Assembly: GCA_002421665.1 (NCBI GenBank)
Contig: DISH01000003.1
Location: 103,291 to 167,290, forward strand
DNA from: Candidatus Omnitrophica bacterium UBA6215
GTDB lineage: Bacteria; Omnitrophota; Gorgyraeia; Pluralincolimonadales; Pluralincolimonadaceae
Length of the DNA stretch: 64,000 nucleotides
Direction of reading: 5' to 3'
Part shown: piece by piece, positions 17,044 to 26,060 of the stretch
How the letters are laid out: each line of letters opens with the position of its first letter
How positions within the stretch are numbered: position 1 is the first letter of the stretch
Made by a program: the position numbers and the translations under genes
Notes under the pieces: generated by a model
Told to the model about the DNA's origin: nothing
Seen by the model: the letters and a program-made list of their open reading frames with translations, nothing else
The model's database searches: none

Positions 17044-18634
17044 TGAAGGAGTATCCTCGGCAAGAAGGACGGCAGGGAAAGGCTCCATTTATACCTTTGC
17101 CGAGATATATATGTCGGACCACCTAAAATACAAGCCTTCACAGGTGCACAAGTATATATATGCTAAGCTTCAAAAGGCTTCAAATGTCAGAGGTACAAAA
17201 CTTGCCATTGCAGCGCCGAGAAATTTTGGAAAATCAACCCTTATCACGTTAATCTACATCCTCTACAGCATATGTTACGACAAGGAGAAATTCATAGTCG
17301 TAATCTCCAACACCGCCTATCAGTCGATGAGGATGCTCGATAACATTAAATCGGAGATTCTTAATAATGAAAAACTAAGAAAAGACTTTCCTCATGTATT
17401 TGGAGACAGCAAAATAAAACTTACTCGTTGGCAGCAAAATTGCATTATCACATGTAACGGTGTACAGGTATTGGTCTTGGGTTCCGGTCAGCAAATTCGG
17501 GGTCTTAGATATGGCATTAATAGGCCCACGCTTATTATTGCAGACGACCTTGAAAATACAAAATCCGTTCACTCGAGCAATATGCGCGAAAAGCTTAAGG
17601 AGTGGTTTTACAACTCGGTCTTAAAGGCTGGAGCCGAGGATACCAACGTTATCTTTATCGGTAATCTGTTCCACCCTTATTCTCTTTTAAGCGAATGTAT
17701 CGAGAATGCCACATGGACGAATGAGGTATATTCGGCGATAGAGACTTGGCCGACCAGGATGGATCTCTGGAACAAATTCGAGAATATATTGCGTGGAAGG
17801 GATAAAAGCGAGGGAGCCGTAGGAAGGGAGGCCGCACGAAAATTCTACGCGGGAAACGCCCAAGCTATGGATGCCGGGGCTAAGCTTCTTTGGCCGGAGC
17901 GCGACAACCTCTGCGATCTTATGGAAAAGTATTATGAGAATGAATTTGGTTTCATGGCGGAAATGCAAAATAAGCCGCGCAACCCAAAGGATTGTCCGTT
18001 TAATGTGGACGAATTCAGTTATTGGAGTGACAAATATAAATCTGCCAGGGAATTATTGCTAGCATCAGGTGATGGCGTTGATTTCTTCGGGGCATGCGAT
18101 CCCAGCATGGGAAAGAGTGATGACTCAGATAATTCTGCCATTATAGTTTTGGCGCGTGACAAGGACGGAGTTCTATATATCGTGGAAGCCGATATTAAAC
18201 GTAGGCAGCCCAACGAGATCATAGATGATATAATTACCTATCATAGAGCCTACAATTTTCAGTTATTTGCAGTTGAGTCCAATAATTTTCAAGAACTTAT
18301 GATTAAACAGCTTGAAGATAAAGCGAGAGCTATGAAGCAATATATACCAATCGAAAGAATAAACAACCGTTCAAACAAGGAAGCCCGTATAAAGTCGCTC
18401 CAATCGTTATTTCATAGAGGTACCGTATGTTTTAACAGAAACGACCTAGACCTTATCAATGAATGCGTGTATTTTCCAAAAGGGAAAAGTGATGACGGTC
18501 TAGATGCTCTTGAAATGGCCATTCATATTGCGCAGGAGCCAGGGGAGGTTAAAGTCTTGATTTGCGGAAGGGATAGAGATGATGATAATTGGCTAAGTGA
18601 TTATCAAAAGAATCTTGGCTGGCCAAAATTATAG
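17027..18634 (+). CDS. Phage terminase large subunit (ATPase + RNaseH-like nuclease)
   Basis: ORF 16958..18634, with the ATG at 17027 (MDPKINEG) and its RBS AAGGAAAAAG preferred. Walker A-like AIAAPRNFGKST. C-terminal nuclease-domain acidic residues FFGACDPSMGKSDDSDNSAIIVLARD. Confidence 0.8.
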   Translation: MDPKINEGVSSARRTAGKGSIYTFAEIYMSDHLKYKPSQVHKYIYAKLQKASNVRGTKLAIAAPRNFGKSTLITLIYILYSICYDKEKFIVVISNTAYQSMRMLDNIKSEILNNEKLRKDFPHVFGDSKIKLTRWQQNCIITCNGVQVLVLGSGQQIRGLRYGINRPTLIIADDLENTKSVHSSNMREKLKEWFYNSVLKAGAEDTNVIFIGNLFHPYSLLSECIENATWTNEVYSAIETWPTRMDLWNKFENILRGRDKSEGAVGREAARKFYAGNAQAMDAGAKLLWPERDNLCDLMEKYYENEFGFMAEMQNKPRNPKDCPFNVDEFSYWSDKYKSARELLLASGDGVDFFGACDPSMGKSDDSDNSAIIVLARDKDGVLYIVEADIKRRQPNEIIDDIITYHRAYNFQLFAVESNNFQELMIKQLEDKARAMKQYIPIERINNRSNKEARIKSLQSLFHRGTVCFNRNDLDLINECVYFPKGKSDDGLDALEMAIHIAQEPGEVKVLICGRDRDDDNWLSDYQKNLGWPKL

Positions 18635-18640
18635 ATAAAT

Positions 18641-18856
18641 TCAAAACTTCAACAACTCGGAGGGTTCAACCTTTAATGCCTTCGCAAGCCTTGCAATGGT
18701 GGTTAGCCTAACATCCGGAGGGGTATTTCCTTCAATTCTTTGGATGTATTTGTAGCTTGTTTTAGTAAGCTCAGATAGCCGCTCCTGCGTAATTCCACGC
18801 TTCTTGCGTAACTTTTTTATTTTCTTACCTAATTCTACCCCCACTGGATAACTCAT
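18641..18856 (-). CDS. XRE-family HTH transcriptional regulator (Cro/CI-like)
   Basis: 71 aa. ITQERLSELTKTSYKYIQRIEGN HTH. Confidence 0.75.
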   Translation of the reverse strand: MSYPVGVELGKKIKKLRKKRGITQERLSELTKTSYKYIQRIEGNTPPDVRLTTIARLAKALKVEPSELLKF

Positions 18857-18970
18857 ACGCCATATTATTACACGGTGTTATACTACTTGACACCCCCATA
18901 TATGATGGTGTAATATCATTGCAGTATGGGGCTGCAGAGGTCTTAAGCTTATCCATTACCAGGGAGGAAG

Positions 18971-19255
18971 ATGGGGATGAAAGAACTAATTGGAATACTG
19001 ATGATATTGCTGTCATTGATAGCAGCGACAGCATATGGCGAAGATGACGGTAAGGATAAAAACGTCAAACAGCCATCATCAGAGTGGATTGATGTCAACG
19101 AAAAGCCAACTTTTTTCGATACAATAGAAGTAGACGGGGTTAAACAAACCAGGTACATCTCTTATGAGGATAGGAAAAAGAAATACGAGGAATACGTTAA
19201 AATAAAGGATTCGCAAAGCCTAAAGACTCCCCGCCAAAATTTTAGCATCTATTAA
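18971..19255 (+). CDS. Small secreted hypothetical protein
   Basis: 94 aa with an N-terminal signal-like hydrophobic segment ILMILLSLIAATAYG. Follows a divergent promoter region shared with the XRE gene. Confidence 0.5.
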   Translation: MGMKELIGILMILLSLIAATAYGEDDGKDKNVKQPSSEWIDVNEKPTFFDTIEVDGVKQTRYISYEDRKKKYEEYVKIKDSQSLKTPRQNFSIY

Positions 19256-19362
19256 TAATCTACGTGTTTTAGTGTATTGACAAAGTAACAAATAGTGATA
19301 GACTAAACCTAATTAGAAGTCGTCCCGAATTTGAAGGGGACAACCTGGATGCTAAAAAATAA

Positions 19363-19404
19363 AACCTTCGTGAGTCGGATTGCGACTTGCGGAGGTTTTT
19401 TATT
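19363..19404 (+). terminator. Putative intrinsic terminator
   Basis: Imperfect hairpin CCTTCGTGAGTCG...CGACTTGCGGAGG followed by TTTTTTATTT. Confidence 0.45.
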
Positions 19405-19425
19405 TGATGGTTAATAGAAAAGATA

Positions 19426-19983
19426 ATGAAGATCCATCCTTTACATAAAATAGTGGGAAAATTTGTATTCGAAAAGTTTAGCTGCATGCCAGATTTTCTT
19501 ATAAAAAGAGATTTTGATTGTTGTCTCAAAAGTGAGCCAAAAGAACAGCTATCTCTTTTTACTCTTGGAAAATCATCGAGAATAACACGACTTTGTAAAG
19601 TTGATATACTTATAATTGTTAGAGGTGAGGTAAAAGTGATTATAGAAATTGAAGAATCAAGCATAATACCAACAAAGATATGCGGAAAGTTTCTTACTTC
19701 CAGACTTTCACGTTATTATATACCTTATAAGAAAAAAGAGATTCCAATTTCCGATAGGACATTGTTTGTTCAAGTTTTAAGCGAAGAACGGATCCCGGAT
19801 AAATCCTCTATTCAAAAGCAGTGGTTAAATATTGAAAACACTTTACGAGACATGAGAGATTTTAACGGAAGGAAGATGTCTTATAAGCTAATATTTGGGA
19901 AGGTCAAAAAATTTGAAGATACACATGCGCAGGAGCTAATCGGATATATAGAAAAATTTTTGCAAAATGCAAACAATGAATAA
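19426..19983 (+). CDS. Hypothetical protein, possible PD-(D/E)XK-like nuclease fold
   Basis: 185 aa. VDILIIVRGEVKVIIEIEES resembles a hhhD...hhEhK core. Overlaps the downstream gene by 17 nt. Confidence 0.5.
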   Translation: MKIHPLHKIVGKFVFEKFSCMPDFLIKRDFDCCLKSEPKEQLSLFTLGKSSRITRLCKVDILIIVRGEVKVIIEIEESSIIPTKICGKFLTSRLSRYYIPYKKKEIPISDRTLFVQVLSEERIPDKSSIQKQWLNIENTLRDMRDFNGRKMSYKLIFGKVKKFEDTHAQELIGYIEKFLQNANNE

Positions 19984-20584
19984 TGAAAATGACATTCTAA
20001 ATGAATTGATAAAACCCGATAGTCGGTGCAGCGTTTTTCATATAACTCTTAAGAGTTTGTCCGAGAAACTTGAAAAGATAAATCTAAATGATAATATTCC
20101 CAAGGAAATCTCAGAGCAAATAAGAATATGTAAAAAGTTATGTTTATACAGTTATTTCGTATATGAATTCGCCACTGTTGGCGAAGAACTATCATATCTA
20201 GCAATAGAGACAGCATTAAAGGAACGCCTGCGTCTATTTTATTTAGATGGTTTCGAATTTAAAAATCTAGAATCGGGATTAATTCAAAAAGAAAAGCCCC
20301 ATTCCCTGCCTCATTTTGAGTCATTACTTAGAAATGATATATTAAAATTTATGGGAGCTGAGGGTTTTTTCAAAAGAGGAATTAACATGTATGATTTAAT
20401 GAATTGGGCGATAGAGAAAGAGATATTGAAAGAAAGCTTTAAGGGGCAAGGAGCCGTGGTAAAAGATTTGCGTAATTTTGCGGCACATCCAAGTGGGCGT
20501 TCAATAAATATTCCCTGGAATGCTATTGATAGCCTAGCAAGGAATGTTAGTTTAATCAACTCGCTGTTTAGAGAAAAATTATAA
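19967..20584 (+). CDS. Hypothetical protein with HEPN-like Rx4H motif (possible abortive-infection/RNase component)
   Basis: 205 aa. C-terminal DLRNFAAHPSG matches the R-x4-H HEPN signature in a predicted helical context. Confidence 0.45.
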   Translation: MQTMNNENDILNELIKPDSRCSVFHITLKSLSEKLEKINLNDNIPKEISEQIRICKKLCLYSYFVYEFATVGEELSYLAIETALKERLRLFYLDGFEFKNLESGLIQKEKPHSLPHFESLLRNDILKFMGAEGFFKRGINMYDLMNWAIEKEILKESFKGQGAVVKDLRNFAAHPSGRSINIPWNAIDSLARNVSLINSLFREKL

Positions 20585-20728
20585 ACTCGAAGTAGGCAAT
20601 AGTCTTGCCGTAGCGCTAAATTTTTAAGCTGGTAAAAACGCGGATATGTCAAACAGGAGGATATGCCAGCCATTTGGGCGTGTATGCAATTAGCCGCCGT
20701 AGTCTTCCGCCTGCACAGGGGGTAGCAA

Positions 20729-21604
20729 ATGTCAAAATTCGAATTCAACTCTAAAAAAACCGATTTCGATCTATTAAATGCCCTTTGTATGGCCGAAAGT
20801 TCCCAGTTAGCCTATAAATCGGAGGCTGAAGTAAAGGAATTCCTTAACGCTAAGTGGGGGATATCAAGAATCAATACCTTTGACAAAGACGAAACCCAGG
20901 CGCTTCTTTGCTCAAATGATGAAGTGGCAATTTTAGCTTTCCGAGGAACGGATTCATTGAAAGATTGGCAGAAAGATTTTAATGCTGTACTTGTCGATTC
21001 AAAAGTAGGCCATATTCACAAGGGTTTTAAGCAGGCTCTAGATAATATATGGGAAAAGATCGACACAGCTCTTGCAGAACATATCAGGGAGGATAGATTG
21101 TTGTGGGTTACAGGCCATAGCCTAGGCGGGGCGCTAGCTACCCTTGCAGTTGACCGACTTACGGATTCCAAAATTCCCATTGGGGGAATGTATACGTTTG
21201 GAGGACCAATGGTAGGGGATGAAAAATTCGCTGATAATTTCGATCGTAAAATAAAAGAACACAGTTTCCGTTTTGTAAATGATGAGGATATAGTAACCTG
21301 GATTTCTTTGCCTGCTTTTTATCATCATATTGGGATCGAGTGCTTTTTTGATTGCGCAGGAGTTCTTCATCGAAAGCATGTATGGTATCACAAGCTTCTA
21401 AGCTATTCAGATAATGCCGAGGTGCGTTCCAGGCCAGAATTAGATAAATTAAAGGCGCAATATCCCAACGGCATTCAAGACCATAGTCTGGATTACTATA
21501 TTAAGTACCTCAAGAAGAATTTATTAGCCGAAAATCCTCCCGAACCGGAACAGAGGACATTTAAGGATTATGCAAATAGACTATTCAGAAAAGGAATTTC
21601 CTGA
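20729..21604 (+). CDS. Class 3 lipase (Lipase_3, alpha/beta hydrolase)
   Basis: 291 aa. ILAFRGTDSLKDW ... WVTGHSLGGALATL (GHSLG nucleophile elbow). Confidence 0.8.
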   Translation: MSKFEFNSKKTDFDLLNALCMAESSQLAYKSEAEVKEFLNAKWGISRINTFDKDETQALLCSNDEVAILAFRGTDSLKDWQKDFNAVLVDSKVGHIHKGFKQALDNIWEKIDTALAEHIREDRLLWVTGHSLGGALATLAVDRLTDSKIPIGGMYTFGGPMVGDEKFADNFDRKIKEHSFRFVNDEDIVTWISLPAFYHHIGIECFFDCAGVLHRKHVWYHKLLSYSDNAEVRSRPELDKLKAQYPNGIQDHSLDYYIKYLKKNLLAENPPEPEQRTFKDYANRLFRKGIS

Positions 21605-22668
21605 TGCGGCAGATAGCGGTCGAAACGAAATACCTCTTCTTAAGGCGCTTAAGTAGGCCAATAATTTTATTTCTTATCGTAGGTTTCTTCTTACTTCCAC
21701 GCGCTGCAATTTCAAATGACAATGTATGTCTCTCGTTAAAAAACCAGATCCGCCTTGGTTCTTTCAACATCGAAAAATTAGGCAAGGATAACTCTTTCCA
21801 AGCCAAAAACGCTGCCATAATACTTAAAAATTACGATATCGTAGCCATCCAGGAGGTTATGAACGCCGGCGCCAAGAAAAACAGCCCTATCGGCACAAAA
21901 GGCACCGATGCCCTAAAACAAATAGTAGCTTACCTTGGCGATGACTGGGCGTACGTGATAAGCCCGGTGCCTAACGGCACTTTGAGCGCAACAAATAGCA
22001 AGGCGTTCCATACATTTGAGTATTACGCCTTCATTTATAGAAAATCGAAGGTTGAGCTTATCCCGAATAGCGCCCATCTTTGGGATGAATCCAAGAATCC
22101 CATGCCGGGGTCAGATGATCAGAGCAGGCAATTCGACAGGCAGCCCTTTATAGCCTCTTTTAAGGCCAAGAATGGCAACCTCGACTTTACTTTAATAACA
22201 ATCCATGCGGCCGAACCTAAGGCCAAATGGCGCAAAGACGAGATAAGGCGCCTAAAGATCGTCTATGAGAAAGTCCAAAACGAAGATCCTGACCAGAATG
22301 ATGTTTTTCTAATGGGGGATTTTAATACAAATGTCGATAAGCCCGAATGGGATGATTTAAAGAGTATCCCAACCATGAAGCATATCCTTACTTCGAAAGA
22401 TATAACGACTTTAAATAAGAAAGAAGGGAAACTTTCAAACAGCCAATATGATACCATATGGTACCAGGGCAAATACAGTGATGAAGACATTGTCTCCGAC
22501 TCAGCGCAAATTGACCAGGCTTGGAAGGACTCGCTTGATATCCCCAATGTTAAGCCTAAAATAAACAGCAGCGATAAGGATCGTAAACTCATATGGTATT
22601 ACGGGAAGTATGCCTCTGACCATCTTCCCGTAACGGTTATTTTATGGACGGGAAAAGATACGGATTAA
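21604..22668 (+). CDS. Endonuclease/exonuclease/phosphatase (EEP, DNase I-like) family protein with N-terminal signal/TM anchor
   Basis: 354 aa. N-terminal hydrophobic segment PIILFLIVGFFLLP. EEP motifs IVAIQEV, LMGDFN, SDHLPV. ATGA start/stop overlap with the lipase gene. Confidence 0.75.
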   Translation: MRQIAVETKYLFLRRLSRPIILFLIVGFFLLPRAAISNDNVCLSLKNQIRLGSFNIEKLGKDNSFQAKNAAIILKNYDIVAIQEVMNAGAKKNSPIGTKGTDALKQIVAYLGDDWAYVISPVPNGTLSATNSKAFHTFEYYAFIYRKSKVELIPNSAHLWDESKNPMPGSDDQSRQFDRQPFIASFKAKNGNLDFTLITIHAAEPKAKWRKDEIRRLKIVYEKVQNEDPDQNDVFLMGDFNTNVDKPEWDDLKSIPTMKHILTSKDITTLNKKEGKLSNSQYDTIWYQGKYSDEDIVSDSAQIDQAWKDSLDIPNVKPKINSSDKDRKLIWYYGKYASDHLPVTVILWTGKDTD

Positions 22669-22693
22669 GCAACTATCTAAACTGCGCAAAATT

Positions 22694-23926
22694 ATGAAAA
22701 TACAAAATACCCTTAATAATATTTTTGATCAATATGATGTGGAAGAAAATAGAGTTACAAATTCTTTTCTTCAAACATTGACACGTAATCCAGATTTATT
22801 AAAGGAGTTTCTCTTCAAATATTTCAAGATTAGAATCGGCAGAAGTTCTAATGTCGAAATTAGCTCTCAAAAAGAACCTTTTTCTTCAGGAGATATTAAG
22901 GAAGTAAAAGAAAAGGTTGAAGGCATTCCCGATGGGTGGATAATAATAGATGATGCTATTGCCGTAGTGTTCGAATCTAAAATTTACAGAGATGCAATAA
23001 AACAGAGCCAATTGCTAGCTCATATAAAACGAATAAAAGGATATTCACAGAAATATTTATGCGTAATTACACCAGATGAAGAATCTCCTCTAAATGGTAT
23101 AGATATTGCGAATGTCAAGATTCAGTGGATCCCTTGGCGGGAAATTTATAGTCTAGTATCCAAGAATAAAGAGACTCAGAGCATTTCAGGTTATTTACGG
23201 AATCAATTAAAGGAGTATTTAGCCATGAAAGAAGATTTAGTGGGTTTTCAAGGCATAAATTATCCATCAGGAACATTTAATTCTAGGGAAGCGAAAATTA
23301 TTATCAAGAGCTTAATACGAGAAATCAAGCCGTATATTCAAAAATTTTATCCGGACCTAAAATATGAGAGAAAATCATATTCTCAGGATGTTCATCCATA
23401 CACAGTCTTCCATCGGAATACATGGTCTTTTCTAGGGACGAACGAGAATTTTACGAAGGATATACATATGACTTTTTGGTTGGCTGAAACCCATATGGGA
23501 ATAGGTCTGACTATTCCGAACGGCGCCGGGAAAAGATGGAAGAGATTGCGAAAAATATTTAAATCCGACGGCCTTTTTTATTCATTTATAGAAAAGTTGA
23601 ACATCTTGCGAGATAAAATGCCTAATCTTTATCTTGAATTCGTCCATAGACATTATCTAGGGCAGAGGGATGGCATTATCGATGGAATACTGGAAATGGA
23701 TTTGGATACCGTAAGGGGCAGAAAAGGGGTAAAAGCAAACAAGAGATGGTTAGAGGTATTAAGGGAGCTTGTTAAAAATAAAAAGGGATATAACGGCCAG
23801 CTAATGTTAAGAGTAAGATACTTTTATAAAGATTACTCCGAAATGCAAACGTCGGCCTTTAAGAATTTAGTAGTTGATACCGCTCACAAATTTAAGGATA
23901 TTTATAATTATTTAGTTGAAGAGTAA
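22694..23926 (+). CDS. Hypothetical protein with N-terminal PD-(D/E)XK-like nuclease core
   Basis: 410 aa. IPDGWIIIDDAIAVVFESKIY fits D...ExK. The rest is unassigned. Confidence 0.5.
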   Translation: MKIQNTLNNIFDQYDVEENRVTNSFLQTLTRNPDLLKEFLFKYFKIRIGRSSNVEISSQKEPFSSGDIKEVKEKVEGIPDGWIIIDDAIAVVFESKIYRDAIKQSQLLAHIKRIKGYSQKYLCVITPDEESPLNGIDIANVKIQWIPWREIYSLVSKNKETQSISGYLRNQLKEYLAMKEDLVGFQGINYPSGTFNSREAKIIIKSLIREIKPYIQKFYPDLKYERKSYSQDVHPYTVFHRNTWSFLGTNENFTKDIHMTFWLAETHMGIGLTIPNGAGKRWKRLRKIFKSDGLFYSFIEKLNILRDKMPNLYLEFVHRHYLGQRDGIIDGILEMDLDTVRGRKGVKANKRWLEVLRELVKNKKGYNGQLMLRVRYFYKDYSEMQTSAFKNLVVDTAHKFKDIYNYLVEE

Positions 23927-23953
23927 AATAGGAAAATAATTTAGAGGCCAAAA

Positions 23954-24814
23954 ATGGATAAAAAGAAAGATATCCCTTACGAAAAAGTCATAAAAGACTT
24001 AACTAGCATAACCGATAAATTTAAAGAAGTTAGTTGTTTTAAGAAAAAAGAGATAGAAGATATCGAACAGACGCGCAGACAACTAGATATTGTAAAGGAT
24101 TACTGGAAGGCAAATCCAAATCCACCTTCATCGTTAGCATATGCCACGCTTACCTCGGCGGCAAGCTATATTCATGAATTCAAAAGCTATGTCAACCACA
24201 TTGGTCCTTCAGAATTTACGGGTTCGCTTTTGGGAACCGCAATTAGTTCCGGCGATTCGATAGTGGCAACTGGCATGACCCTTTCGTATATCGCTCCAAC
24301 TAATGATGAGGCCGTTAAAAAAAAGTTAGAAGTTAAATTTGTTGAAATAAAAGAAGCTCCCAGAAGAAAAAACCGCAGAAAGGAAATCAAAAGATATCTT
24401 AAAAAATTATCCCCTCATTTGGCTTCTGCCTATGAAGGAGCATGGGAAAATCTCGAAACAAATTTTAGCGATTCGGAAAGAGGGGCTGCTTTTCTTATGA
24501 GAGAAGTGGTGTCGCAAGTTTTAGATATTTTAGCTCCAAAAGAGGCAATTAAAACATCAGATTTTATTCCTGACCCAACAGCAAAAGACGGTGTTACTCG
24601 AAAACATAGGTTAGAATACATAGCAACCCATAAGGCAAAAGGCAGTTTTAGCAAGGAATTATTAGATAGAAGTATTCAGGGTTTCTTGGATACTTACGAA
24701 GGTTTAAACGATGCCCATAAGAGAACTTTTCTTGATAAATCAAAAATAGAAAGTTTTTTATTTCAAGCCGATGATTTATTGCATACGCTTTTTAATTCGG
24801 TAATAATCGATTAA
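23954..24814 (+). CDS. Hypothetical protein
   Basis: 286-aa ORF with RBS-like AGAGG upstream. No recognisable family. Sits immediately upstream of the HNH gene. Confidence 0.5.
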   Translation: MDKKKDIPYEKVIKDLTSITDKFKEVSCFKKKEIEDIEQTRRQLDIVKDYWKANPNPPSSLAYATLTSAASYIHEFKSYVNHIGPSEFTGSLLGTAISSGDSIVATGMTLSYIAPTNDEAVKKKLEVKFVEIKEAPRRKNRRKEIKRYLKKLSPHLASAYEGAWENLETNFSDSERGAAFLMREVVSQVLDILAPKEAIKTSDFIPDPTAKDGVTRKHRLEYIATHKAKGSFSKELLDRSIQGFLDTYEGLNDAHKRTFLDKSKIESFLFQADDLLHTLFNSVIID

Positions 24815-24830
24815 ATTAGAGAGACAATTA

Positions 24831-25295
24831 ATGCCAGAATACACATCATCATATGCAAAAAATATAATAAAACGATCTCTACGAGAAATTATCGACCCTG
24901 GTCCTAGTAAGAAAGAAAAGCAAACAATCTGGGATTATTTTGGTTCGGAATGTGCTTATTGTGGTAAGAGACTACATAAAGGGCGTAGAGAAGGGCATAT
25001 TGATCATTTAGTTCCTAATGGTGCTAACCAGCTTTATAATCGGGTACTATCTTGCAAGGAATGCAACGGAGATGAGAAACGCGATAAATCCTGGAAGAGG
25101 TTTCTGGCGCAAAAGCGCTCGAATGTAAAGATCAAAGCCAAAAGAAAAGCGAAAATATTGCAGTGGCAAAAAAGGCATAAAAAGCCTATTTTTAGAAAAG
25201 GCGTTCTATCTAAAGTAGAATCTCTCCAGGATAATGTAATATCGTATTATGAGAGAAATGTAGAGAAGGCGAGAAGACTGCGAAACAAAAGGTAA
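24831..25295 (+). CDS. HNH endonuclease
   Basis: 154 aa. CAYCG ... HIDHLVP ... CKECN HNH/zinc-finger motif. Confidence 0.75.
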   Translation: MPEYTSSYAKNIIKRSLREIIDPGPSKKEKQTIWDYFGSECAYCGKRLHKGRREGHIDHLVPNGANQLYNRVLSCKECNGDEKRDKSWKRFLAQKRSNVKIKAKRKAKILQWQKRHKKPIFRKGVLSKVESLQDNVISYYERNVEKARRLRNKR

Positions 25296-25313
25296 TCTCG
25301 ATAGGTCAAAAGT

Positions 25314-26048
25314 ATGATTTCTGTAAATAGTGATGGTAAATTATGTGTCGGATGGGTTCAAAATGGCATAAACCATAAAAGATATTTTCGCTCTGAAAAG
25401 GAATCCGAACGTTTTCAGGAGATGGTAGTCGACATTCAGAATTGCATGAAGCTTTCTGAAGAGATGGAACGCTTTGCCAGGAATTTTAATTATGATCCAA
25501 AACTCGTTGAGCTAAAATTTGCACAACTTGGCAAAGAAATAGAAGAACTTAAAGAACGAATAAGAATCAAAGAATTGCTCCAAAAGAAACTCGGTATAGC
25601 GGCTCAAAGATTAGCCGACCAGCCAAGAAACGTAATCGACAAGGACGCCTTCTTTAAAGAAATAAAGCAGCTCAAGGTTGAAATTAATAGGCTGGATAGA
25701 TTCTTTAGGGAGCACGCCATCCTTTCTTTGCACAAATCTCTTCAAGAGACTCTTTCTGAAATGAAAGAGTATTTTATGTACCAAAAGGCGACCATTAAAA
25801 ACGTAGAAGAGATGTTTAAGCAGCTAAGAAAAGAGGTCGTTCAGAAATTTTCTAGCATAACGACTAAGGATAAAGTTTTGACTATAAAGGAGACCGCAGA
25901 ATATCTTGGCATAAGCTATTCGACTGTTCAGTCCATGATGTTCATGCAAGGGCTTCCCTATACAAGAGTAGGCAATAGGTATAGGATAAAAGAAAACGAT
26001 CTACAATCCTGGCTGGAAAAACGTAAGCAAAAAACGACAAGAACATAA
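25314..26048 (+). CDS. Excisionase/MerR-like HTH DNA-binding protein with central coiled coil
   Basis: 244 aa. C-terminal LTIKETAEYLGISYSTVQSM...GLPYTRVGNRYRI is an HTH_17/excisionase-type motif. Confidence 0.5.
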   Translation: MISVNSDGKLCVGWVQNGINHKRYFRSEKESERFQEMVVDIQNCMKLSEEMERFARNFNYDPKLVELKFAQLGKEIEELKERIRIKELLQKKLGIAAQRLADQPRNVIDKDAFFKEIKQLKVEINRLDRFFREHAILSLHKSLQETLSEMKEYFMYQKATIKNVEEMFKQLRKEVVQKFSSITTKDKVLTIKETAEYLGISYSTVQSMMFMQGLPYTRVGNRYRIKENDLQSWLEKRKQKTTRT

Positions 26049-26060
26049 TAAAAGGGGCGA

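Noticed and set aside
19269-19664. Minus-strand 131-aa ORF overlapping the 19426..19983 gene and the upstream terminator/promoter region
   Set aside because: Low-complexity Ser/Ile-rich translation overlapping a + strand gene with RBS and operon context. No supporting signals.
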